A stretch of DNA of 22,887 nucleotides. Origin: Chlamydiota bacterium. Lineage in GTDB: Bacteria > Auribacterota > Tritonobacteria > UBA1439. The translations under genes and the position numbers were made by a program. The stretch covers positions 1-22,887 of the forward strand of contig JBAXOY010000045.1 of NCBI GenBank assembly GCA_037133055.1, in the 5' to 3' direction. Positions within the stretch are counted from its first letter, which is position 1. Each line of letters starts with the position of its first letter. Below, in pieces: positions 8,749-16,772 of this stretch. Under the pieces are notes generated by a model. That model was given only the letters and a program-made list of their open reading frames with translations. It was not told where the DNA came from and made no database searches.

Positions 8749-9485
8749 TCCTCAGGGTCCGGGAGCTCACGAAGCATTTCGGCGGCCTGCGGGCGCTCGC
8801 GGACGTCACCTTCGAGCTCGGGGAGGGGCAGATCCTCGGCCTTCTCGGGCCGAACGGGGCCGGAAAGACCACCCTCTTCAACGTGGTGAACGGGGTCTTC
8901 GCGCCGGACATCGGCAGCATCGTCTTCGAGGGGCGGGAGATCGGGGGCCTCCCGGCGTACGAGGTTGCGCGGCGTGGCCTCGCCCGGACCCACCAGGTGG
9001 TGCGTCCGCTGGACGAGCTGACCGTGCTTGAGAACGTCATGGTGGGCGCGTGCTTCGGGCGGGAGCGGCACTCACGATCCTCCGCCGCGCGCGTCGCCGG
9101 CGGGGTGCTCGAGCGGGTAGGTCTCGCGGAGCGTTCCGGGCAGCAGGCGTCAAGCCTCAACGTGGCGCAGAAAAAGCGGCTGGAGCTCGCCCGCGCGCTC
9201 GCGGCGCGTCCGCGCCTGCTCCTCCTCGACGAGGCGCTCGCGGGCCTGAACCAGACGGAGATAGCCCTGATGCTCGGGACGATACGGGGCATCAGGGACG
9301 AGGGGGTCACCATCCTGATGATCGAGCACGTCATGCAGGCGGTGATGGGCGTGTCGGACTATCTGTTCGTGCTTGACCACGGCACGGTGATCGCCCGCGG
9401 CCTCCCCGCCGAGGTGGTCGCGGACCCGGCGGTCATCGAGGCGTACCTGGGCGATCCGGACGCTGCCGCGGGGCTCTCGCGATAG
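8745..9485 (+). CDS. livG: ABC transporter ATP-binding protein (LivG-like)
   Basis: ATG 8745 overlaps the livM stop (ATGA); the real gene is the 3' part of ORF 7737..9485. KHFGGL, Walker A GPNGAGKT, KRLELARALA, LLLDE, IEHVM, VIEAYLG. Confidence 0.92.
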   Translation: MILRVRELTKHFGGLRALADVTFELGEGQILGLLGPNGAGKTTLFNVVNGVFAPDIGSIVFEGREIGGLPAYEVARRGLARTHQVVRPLDELTVLENVMVGACFGRERHSRSSAARVAGGVLERVGLAERSGQQASSLNVAQKKRLELARALAARPRLLLLDEALAGLNQTEIALMLGTIRGIRDEGVTILMIEHVMQAVMGVSDYLFVLDHGTVIARGLPAEVVADPAVIEAYLGDPDAAAGLSR

Positions 9486-9522
9486 GAGACAGGAGGGCGG
9501 AGTTTGTTGCTTCAACGTGGGG

Positions 9523-9558
9523 ACGCAGATGCACGCGGACCGTCAGGATGAACGCGGA
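9523..9558 (+). repeat. imperfect short direct repeats in the livG-livF spacer
   Basis: GATGCACGCGGA (9528-9539) and GATGAACGCGGA (9547-9558) match at 11/12 positions. Partial unit ACGCAGAT at 9523-9530. Confidence 0.6.
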
Positions 9559-9589
9559 TACAACTAAAACTTATATCTGAGGCATAGGG

Positions 9590-10300
9590 ATGGCGCTGCT
9601 GGAAGTCACGGACCTCACGGCCGGCTACGGGGAGGTGCAGATCCTCTGGGGGGTCACGCTCCGCCTCGAGCCCGGCAGGCTCACCGCGCTCGTCGGCAGC
9701 AACGGGACGGGCAAGACCACCCTGCTCCGCGCGGTGATGGGGCTTCTGCCCGCCCGGAGCGGCAGCGTGGCATTCCGCGGGAGGGAGATCACCGCCCTCC
9801 CCACGCACGCGCGCGCGTCCATGGGGCTCACGCTCGTCCCCGAGGGGCGCCAGCTTTTCGCGGGGATGACCGTGATCGAGAACCTCCGGATGGGGGCGTT
9901 CACCCCCCGCGCGCGCGAACACGCCGCGCGCAACCTCGACCGCGCCCTCGATCTCTTCCCGCGCCTCGCGGAGCGCCGGGGCCAGAAGGCCGGCACCCTG
10001 AGCGGCGGGGAGCAGCAGATGCTCGCGGTCGCGCGCGGCCTCATGGCCGCCCCCGAGCTCCTCATCCTCGACGAGCTCTCGCTGGGACTCGCGCCCGCGC
10101 TCGTCCTCGACCTCTACAAGACCATTGCGCGCCTGAAGCGCGAGGGACTCGCCATGCTCATCGTGGAGCAGAACGTGCGGATGGCGCTCGCGGTGAGCGA
10201 CTACGCCTTCGTGATGAGCGAAGGGAGGGTCCGGATGGAGGGGGACGCCCGGGGGCTCGCCGCCCGGGACGACGTCCGGAAGGCATACCTCGGGGCATGA
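9590..10300 (+). CDS. livF: ABC transporter ATP-binding protein (LivF-like)
   Basis: Walker A GSNGTGKT, VPEGRQLF, AGTLSGGEQQMLAVARGLM, LILDELSLGLAP, IVEQN, VRKAYLG. Confidence 0.93.
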   Translation: MALLEVTDLTAGYGEVQILWGVTLRLEPGRLTALVGSNGTGKTTLLRAVMGLLPARSGSVAFRGREITALPTHARASMGLTLVPEGRQLFAGMTVIENLRMGAFTPRAREHAARNLDRALDLFPRLAERRGQKAGTLSGGEQQMLAVARGLMAAPELLILDELSLGLAPALVLDLYKTIARLKREGLAMLIVEQNVRMALAVSDYAFVMSEGRVRMEGDARGLAARDDVRKAYLGA

Positions 10301-10352
10301 GTATTTCGCCCCGCGTCCTCACTCGGGGAAACGGAAAGACGAAAGGAGCCGC

Positions 10353-11765
10353 ATGATGACCAGGAGGAGCCGGTACCTCAGCGCCCTCGCGGCCGCGAGT
10401 GCCGCCGTGCTCGCGCTCGGCGCGCCCGCGCCCGCCCGCCCGCAGCAGGAGGCCCGGAAAGATGCGGCACAGGGGGCGGGACAGCCCACGACCTATTACC
10501 TCATCAGCGACCTCCACATCGGGGGCGACGGGGCCCTCGACCACTGCAGCTTCGAGCCGGAACTCATCGGATTCCTCCGCGGCATCGCGGACGGCCCGCT
10601 CCCGGCGGAGCTCATCATCCCGGGCGACGCGTTCGGTTTCTGGGAATTGACGACGGTCACACGCATCGAAAAACTCGACCTGCTCATCCGGCAACACCCG
10701 GCGCTCTTCGCGCAGTTCCGCGAAACCGGCCGGCGCGTGAAGATCACGCTCATGCCGGGAAACCACGATTATGAACTGGCCTGCGTTCCCGCGTGGAAGG
10801 AGAAACTCGCCGGGTATAACATCACGCTCGAACCCGTCACGCACCTCGCGCGACCCGCCGGCGACCGCACGATATGGGTCGAGCACGGCAACCAGCACGA
10901 CTCTTTCAACAGTTTCCCGAACTTCGGAGACCCCTACGGGCTGCCGTCCGGTTACTTCATCACGGTGGCCACCGTCGCCGCCGCCGCGAAGAGCGCCGCG
11001 CGGGGGCGCAGCCCATGGCTGAACGACCTCGCGTCCGTCTACCCCACCGAGGATATCCCCTTCTGGATGTGGTCGAACTACTTCTACCGGGAGATGGGCG
11101 ACATCCTCCGCTGGTTTCTCCTGCCGTTCCTGCTCCTGTTCACGGTGAGCGTCATCGTCTACCTTGGTCAGTCGCTGCAGAAATTCGGCATCCTCCGCAC
11201 GAAGGTCTTCGACCTCAGATTGGGCAGCCGCTTCGGGCTGGCGGGGCGCCTCGTCGACTGGGTGATCTGGATCAACGGCGTCGTCATCTCGACCGTGCTC
11301 ATCCTCGCGATCCCGCTCTTCTTCCTGTCGCGGGACATCCACGAGACGCTCCGGCGCTACGGCGTCAACCTCTCCTCGGATATACGGCTCGACAAGGAGG
11401 GGGCGTATGTCGCCGCGGCGAAAACGATCTTCGAAAAAGACCCCTCGGTCGCGATCTATATCTACGGCCACACGCACGTGCCCTCCGTCCGGAAGGCCGG
11501 CTCCCGCTACATCCTCAACACCGGCACGTGGCTCAAGCGGCTCGAGCGCGTGTCGACGCATTTCCGCCTGATGCCCGACGTGTATTTCCCGTCCTACGAG
11601 CTCAGCTGCTTCACCATCAGGGCCGAGGGGAAGGGCGTCCGCGTGAAGTACACAGTCGTCCCGAAACGGGCCCCGGAAGATCTGACGCTCCTCCAGAAGC
11701 TGATGATACTGGGCAGACGCCGCGCGGACCGTCCGGAGATCCCCGCCGAGATCTTCATCGACTGA
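10353..11765 (+). CDS. calcineurin-like metallophosphoesterase with N-terminal signal-like peptide and internal transmembrane hairpin
   Basis: SD AAGGAG before ATG. MPP motifs ISDLHIG, PGDAFG, PGNHD, VEHGN, YGHTH and LNTGTW. Two hydrophobic helices lie between EHG and GHTH. Confidence 0.85.
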   Translation: MMTRRSRYLSALAAASAAVLALGAPAPARPQQEARKDAAQGAGQPTTYYLISDLHIGGDGALDHCSFEPELIGFLRGIADGPLPAELIIPGDAFGFWELTTVTRIEKLDLLIRQHPALFAQFRETGRRVKITLMPGNHDYELACVPAWKEKLAGYNITLEPVTHLARPAGDRTIWVEHGNQHDSFNSFPNFGDPYGLPSGYFITVATVAAAAKSAARGRSPWLNDLASVYPTEDIPFWMWSNYFYREMGDILRWFLLPFLLLFTVSVIVYLGQSLQKFGILRTKVFDLRLGSRFGLAGRLVDWVIWINGVVISTVLILAIPLFFLSRDIHETLRRYGVNLSSDIRLDKEGAYVAAAKTIFEKDPSVAIYIYGHTHVPSVRKAGSRYILNTGTWLKRLERVSTHFRLMPDVYFPSYELSCFTIRAEGKGVRVKYTVVPKRAPEDLTLLQKLMILGRRRADRPEIPAEIFID

Positions 11766-11870
11766 TCCGCGCTTCGGCGCATCCGGCGTATTCCGCGGGG
11801 CTTCACCATCAAGGCGGGGGGCGGCGCGGTCGATGGTCGGAGGTCTGTCCTGATGTTGTTGCGCGAATCG

Positions 11871-14027
11871 TCACCGCCGCGGGCCGAGGAGCTCCACGGA
11901 CGCCCACTCGATCTCCGAGTCGATGTCGGTGGGGTTGATCTTAAGGGAGGCGACGGTGCCGGCGCGGCGCCAGGCATAGTTCCCCGAAAGGCCGATCTCA
12001 TAGGTCATGAATCGGCCGTTCGCCTTCGTCGCGAAAGAGGCCCTGCGCTCCGGGGAATATCCCTCCCCCCCCTTCTCCCCCCACTCAAGGTACGCGACAC
12101 CGGCCCGGCGGCGCATGAAGCGCGGCGTGATTTTCAGCCTGAGCTCCATTTTTGAGACACAGGCGGGAGCGATGGAGAGCCCGTCGATCGCGAGGGATGA
12201 GTCGTCGCCGAGCGCCGCGTAGCGCGGATACCCGTGCGGAGACGTCCCCGCCGGAGACGTCTCCCGGGGATTGAAGGGCCTCCACCGGCCCGCGTCCTCA
12301 GAGCGCCTGAAGTCCCACTGCGCGACCGCGGCGAGGGGCCCCGCGCGCCCCGGCCCCTCCCAGTCCCGTACCTTCTTGTAGAGCCTGGCCACGAGCCCGT
12401 CGCCCCTCGGCCACGAGCGGACCTCCGCGTACCCCTCGCGAAAATACGCGAGCTCCCGCACCGGCTCGTCAAAAACCCAGAGGTCCTGGAGGAGCACGTA
12501 GTCGGGCTGGTACCGGTAGAGCCACGAGGTCCGGTCGCCCGCGGCGAGGTCGCGCGCGATCGCCGGGCTCACGATGCCGCCGAGGTCGAGTATCGGCAGC
12601 CCCGAGCGATAGCCGACGATCCCGATCTCCTCCATCGCGACGCGCGAACGCGGGGGAAGATTTCCCCGCATCCACTCCCCGATGCGCATGTAGGCAAGAG
12701 TGCGCTGCGAGGGGACGCTCCGCGCGAGCAGTTCGAAATCGTTCAGGCGCGGCAGGAGGAGCAAGGCGCAGAAGACCGCCGGCCACACCGCGCGCCCCCT
12801 GTCCCCGCCCCGCGGGCACAGGAGGAAGCCGAACAGGATCAGCGCCGCCGCACACGCGATCGGGGGATTCCCGACCCCGGCGATTTTCCTCATCGATTCG
12901 AGCATCTCGTCCGCTTTCCCATAGTAAAACTCGGCGGGGTGGTTGTGCGGCGCCGCGCGGAGTCTCCTGTCGATGTACGTTTTCCCCGCGGCCCGCAGCA
13001 CGGAGCCCATCGGGAAGACAATGATGCTCGCGCAGAATATCAGGAGGAGAACAGCGGCCGCGAGCCGCCCCCCGATCTCCTTCCCGGTGACGACCGAGAT
13101 CCCCGCGGCGGCGAGGATGCCGATGCCGTAGGACGGTATCAGGTAATACCAATGGTAGCCCGGGATGCCGAGCATCGCGTAGGCGAGCGCGTAGAGCCCG
13201 CACCAGGAGAGAAGAAGGGCGAGCGCGGCCCCCCGTTTGAATAACCCGCAGAACGCGAGCGGCAGCACCAGGAGGTGGATCGGATTGCCACTGACGGCCG
13301 CGAGCATCACACGCCAGGTGTTCTGCGCGTAGGAGTAGAACCAGAACCCCGACTCAAGCTGCGCGCTTTTCGCCTCCAGCGTGTGTGGGAGGAACGAGCC
13401 GAAGTAGGCGCGGCTGAAGGCGAACCAGGGCAGCATCACCGCGACGCCGAGGAGCGCTTCCCTCCACGGGACGCGTCTCCGCCGCACACACGAATCCGCG
13501 AGGAGGACCGCGGCGAGGAGGATTCCGTCGGCGCGCGTGAGGATCATGAGGGCGAGGACGATCGCGGAGGCCATGCGTCGACCGCGCAGGTAGAGCGCTA
13601 TCGCGAGTACCCCGAGAAAGACCAGCAGGGAGAACTCGAGCCCCGAGGCGGTCGCGTTCAGGGTGTTGAGCTCGCAAAGGAGCGCGGCGGCCGCCGCGGG
13701 GATGGCGCCGAGCTCGGGGATGAGCAAGCGAAAAATGAGCATGGCCGCCAGGAAGGTGAAGGCGATCCCCAGGAGCATCGCGGTTGCCGCCGGATCGAGC
13801 CCCGCGGAGGAGGATGCGGCTGAAATGAGCGTCCAGAGGGGGCTCGTTGAGCCGGGGACGCGCTCCCCCTCGTTGTAGACCCAGCCCGCCCCGCGCGCGA
13901 TATTCCCGCCGTATCTGAACGTGATGTGGGAATCATCAATCCGCTCGTGCCAGAAGCAGCCACCCGCGAGCACCGCCGCGGCGAGGAGGAGGATCGAGAA
14001 GAATGGTGTGGCGCCGTTCGCGCGCAT
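11871..14027 (-). CDS. GT-C-fold integral-membrane glycosyltransferase-like protein (ArnT/PMT/Aft-like) with C-terminal CBM-like domain
   Basis: Acidic pair in the first loop, IDDSHITFRYGGNIARGAGWVYNEGERVPGSTSPLW. SGLE, LTRADG and YFGSFLPHT motifs, many TM helices, EIGIVGYRS..ILDLGGIV, and a soluble beta-rich C-terminus. Confidence 0.75.
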   Translation of the reverse strand: MRANGATPFFSILLLAAAVLAGGCFWHERIDDSHITFRYGGNIARGAGWVYNEGERVPGSTSPLWTLISAASSSAGLDPAATAMLLGIAFTFLAAMLIFRLLIPELGAIPAAAAALLCELNTLNATASGLEFSLLVFLGVLAIALYLRGRRMASAIVLALMILTRADGILLAAVLLADSCVRRRRVPWREALLGVAVMLPWFAFSRAYFGSFLPHTLEAKSAQLESGFWFYSYAQNTWRVMLAAVSGNPIHLLVLPLAFCGLFKRGAALALLLSWCGLYALAYAMLGIPGYHWYYLIPSYGIGILAAAGISVVTGKEIGGRLAAAVLLLIFCASIIVFPMGSVLRAAGKTYIDRRLRAAPHNHPAEFYYGKADEMLESMRKIAGVGNPPIACAAALILFGFLLCPRGGDRGRAVWPAVFCALLLLPRLNDFELLARSVPSQRTLAYMRIGEWMRGNLPPRSRVAMEEIGIVGYRSGLPILDLGGIVSPAIARDLAAGDRTSWLYRYQPDYVLLQDLWVFDEPVRELAYFREGYAEVRSWPRGDGLVARLYKKVRDWEGPGRAGPLAAVAQWDFRRSEDAGRWRPFNPRETSPAGTSPHGYPRYAALGDDSSLAIDGLSIAPACVSKMELRLKITPRFMRRRAGVAYLEWGEKGGEGYSPERRASFATKANGRFMTYEIGLSGNYAWRRAGTVASLKINPTDIDSEIEWASVELLGPRR

Positions 14028-14242
14028 TCCGGGATCACTCTGATTCAGCGATTCTTCATGGCGTCATTTCCCGACGCATTTTTCGTCGGGGCGCAACCTA
14101 TACCATCCCGCGCAGTCCGGGCGACGGGTTTTTCGCCGGGGAACAGTATACACCACCCCGCCCGTTCCGGACGACGGGATAGCAGCACGGGCACGAAGTC
14201 GAAAAGGGTGGAGAAGATCGCTCGTACCCGGGCGGCGCGCTC

Positions 14243-15328
14243 CTAGGGGGACGGGTTTCCCTTCACCTCGATGGACCCCACCACGAAATCCTCGATCTTC
14301 TGATCGGTGTAGCGGCACTTCGGGAAGCTCCCCGCGTAATCGTAGGCGCCCCGGTACGGGACGTCCCGCGGCCCGTTCCCCCCCGCGAGGTCGTTGTAGA
14401 GCCCGATGCGGATGAGGTAGCGGCCTGGCGGGTTGTGCTTCGGGAAATAGACGGTGAAGGGGCCCACCTGCTGCGGGGAGTTGACCGGCCAATCCGTGAC
14501 CGGGATGTGCGGGATGTTCTCGATGTGGAGGTAGCCCTTCCTCTCGGCCGGGACCCCGACGCCCTTCTCGCGCTCCGGGTAGAGGTGCACGAACACGGAG
14601 TACGGGATGGCCTGTGGGCGCGTGATCGTGAGCCACGCGGAGATCGTGACCGCCTCGCCCAGCCGCGCGGAGGAAGGCACCTCGATTCTGTCGAAGACGA
14701 CGAACGGCCTCCCGAGCACCTCGCCCGGCGGCCCGCCCTTTTCGAGCCGTATGTTTGCGAGTTCGACGACAATGTCGTCGTCGGGGTCCTTCATGTAGAA
14801 ATGGACCTCTCCGACGCGGGTGAGATCGATCGCGGGGTTCATCTCCTCAAGGTCGACCACCGCCCGCCCCCCCCCGTGTCCCCGCGGGAGGGCGAACCCG
14901 CGCTCGAACCTGCGCTCCCCTGCATCCTTGACGATCATCATGAGCTGCCGATCCGTCTCGCGCGGGACGCGCATCTCCCAGCTGATCCGGCGGTACGGCG
15001 ACCAGTCGCGCGCGCGCGCGGGCCCCGAGAGGTAGTCGGTGAGCCGGATGCCGGGGAGGCCCGGCCCCTTTCTGAACGTCACCCTCCCCCATCCGTTTTC
15101 CGCGACGAGTTCGGCGCCGTCCCTCCGCCACCGCTCCGCCTCTGTCTCGCCGCCGAACCTTCCGAGCCAGAGGACTGCCGCCTGGGACGCGGGTTTCCGG
15201 TGAAGCAGTGTTTTCACGGTCGCGAGCGCGCCTGGGTAATACCGGTGCGTCCAGCCGCCGATGAGCGCCAGGGCTGCGAGGGGGAGCATCCATGCAAAGA
15301 CGGCGAGCGCGAGGCGGACAGGCTTCAT
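14243..15328 (-). CDS. membrane-anchored hypothetical protein: N-terminal TM, CBM/galactose-binding-like domain, C-terminal Ig-like domain
   Basis: MKPVRLALAVFAWMLPLAALALIGG anchor. DWSPYRRISW...IDLTRVGEVHF...LANIRLE jelly-roll-like pattern. YSVFVHL...W...PPGRYLIRIGLY Ig-like module. In-frame upstream ATGs at 15406 and 15430 are alternative starts. Confidence 0.72.
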   Translation of the reverse strand: MKPVRLALAVFAWMLPLAALALIGGWTHRYYPGALATVKTLLHRKPASQAAVLWLGRFGGETEAERWRRDGAELVAENGWGRVTFRKGPGLPGIRLTDYLSGPARARDWSPYRRISWEMRVPRETDRQLMMIVKDAGERRFERGFALPRGHGGGRAVVDLEEMNPAIDLTRVGEVHFYMKDPDDDIVVELANIRLEKGGPPGEVLGRPFVVFDRIEVPSSARLGEAVTISAWLTITRPQAIPYSVFVHLYPEREKGVGVPAERKGYLHIENIPHIPVTDWPVNSPQQVGPFTVYFPKHNPPGRYLIRIGLYNDLAGGNGPRDVPYRGAYDYAGSFPKCRYTDQKIEDFVVGSIEVKGNPSP

Positions 15329-15568
15329 CCCGCCCCCCCCGCCACTCCGGCGTGCCAACTCATGTCGGGTCTCCCGCCAGTCAGGCAACGCGTGTGGAAA
15401 AATCATCCGGGCGACTCGGCGTACTCCCATGTTGAGGAGGTACCCCCGCCGACGATCTCCCCCATTTTCCGGTCCAGCCCCGATTCTGAATCATCCCGAG
15501 GCGCCCGTAATCCTCGAGGCCGCTGCGCAGGGCACAAAGGGGAGAGGGGGCCGGCCGGGAGCATGGCG

Positions 15569-16696
15569 TTATGTCGGCCGATGACTATCCCTGATCCCCT
15601 CTTCATAGATGTCGCATATGCTTCGCGTCATCGTCTCGACGCTGAACCGCTCCCGCACGGTCTTCCGTGCAGCCTCCCCCATGCGCCGCCGCGCGTGTTC
15701 GTCCCGAAGAAGCCGACCAACCGCGCGCGCAATTGCATCGGGGTCGCCGACCGGCACAAGCACACCGTTTATCCCGTCGTCTATCATTTCGCTGTTCCCG
15801 CCGACGCGCGTCGCCACCACCGCCTTCCCGCTGGCCATTGATTCCAGAATGGCGATGGAAAATCCCTCAAGTCGGCTCGAAAATACCATGCAATCGCAGA
15901 TCGCCATAATCTCATACATATCCCGCCGGACGCCGAGAAAATGGACCTTGCCCGCCATCCCGAGACTCGAGTTGAACAGCTCGATTTCGCGCCGCTGGCT
16001 GCCGTCCCCCGCGATCACGAATTCCAGTCGGGGGTATTCCTGCGCCAGCAGACGCGCCGCCCGCAGCCAGGTGAATATCTCTTTCTGCGGCTCAAGCCTT
16101 GCAGCGACCCCCACCACGAGACCCCCCTCCTGCAGTCCCAGCTCGCGCCGCTTCGCGACCCCGTCCACGGCCGCGGGCAAGCCCGCGCAGTCTATGCCGT
16201 TGTACACGACCGTGACCTTTCCCTCGGAAACGCCCACCCCGGACACGTAAAAGCGCTTCACCTCCTCCGACACCGCGATCAGACGGTGAGCGAAAAACGA
16301 TGTCCATCTCTCGACGGCGATCTGGAACGGTGTCAGCCAGCAATCTACCATGTGAAGGCTGCTGACGATGAACGGGGTGCGCGCCATCCATGCGGCGACG
16401 CGCCCCCATGCATCGGCGCCAAAGAGGTGGGTGTGGACCACGTCGATGCGTTCCGCCCGCAACACGCGTGCAAGACGCCAGAGCACCGTCACATCGTAGC
16501 GGCCTCGTTTCGGCACACAGATGACCGGGATGCCCTTCTCGCGGAGGAGACCCTCCACCGGGCCGCCGGCATCGAAGGTGATCACGCTCTGCACGTAGCG
16601 CCCCCTGTCGGCAGTCGACGTGAGCGCCCAGACCACCATTTCCGCGCCGGCGAGTTTTAACCCGTAGATGATATGTGCGACCCTGATCTTATCCAT
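15569..16696 (-). CDS. glycosyltransferase family 4 (GT-B)
   Basis: AGAEMVV, VVHTHLF, VVYNGID, AARLEPQK, IAGDG, SSRLEGFSIAILESMASGKAVVATRVGG (EX7E motif). Confidence 0.92.
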   Translation of the reverse strand: MDKIRVAHIIYGLKLAGAEMVVWALTSTADRGRYVQSVITFDAGGPVEGLLREKGIPVICVPKRGRYDVTVLWRLARVLRAERIDVVHTHLFGADAWGRVAAWMARTPFIVSSLHMVDCWLTPFQIAVERWTSFFAHRLIAVSEEVKRFYVSGVGVSEGKVTVVYNGIDCAGLPAAVDGVAKRRELGLQEGGLVVGVAARLEPQKEIFTWLRAARLLAQEYPRLEFVIAGDGSQRREIELFNSSLGMAGKVHFLGVRRDMYEIMAICDCMVFSSRLEGFSIAILESMASGKAVVATRVGGNSEMIDDGINGVLVPVGDPDAIARAVGRLLRDEHARRRMGEAARKTVRERFSVETMTRSICDIYEEGIRDSHRPT

Positions 16697-16772
16697 GCGT
16701 GTTCTCTTCCGTTTTAATCCCCGGTTTCATGACACGCTTCTTGCGCATGTCGTTCCCGCGGGCACTGAGACA

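Noticed and set aside
11769..11780. GCGC-TTCG-GCGC mini hairpin after the phosphoesterase stop
   Set aside because: Only a 4-bp stem with no U-tract, which is insufficient for a terminator call.
15345..15358. Minus-strand TTGGCACG as a sigma54 -24 element
   Set aside because: No TTGC -12 element at the required spacing, and it is too close to the start codon.
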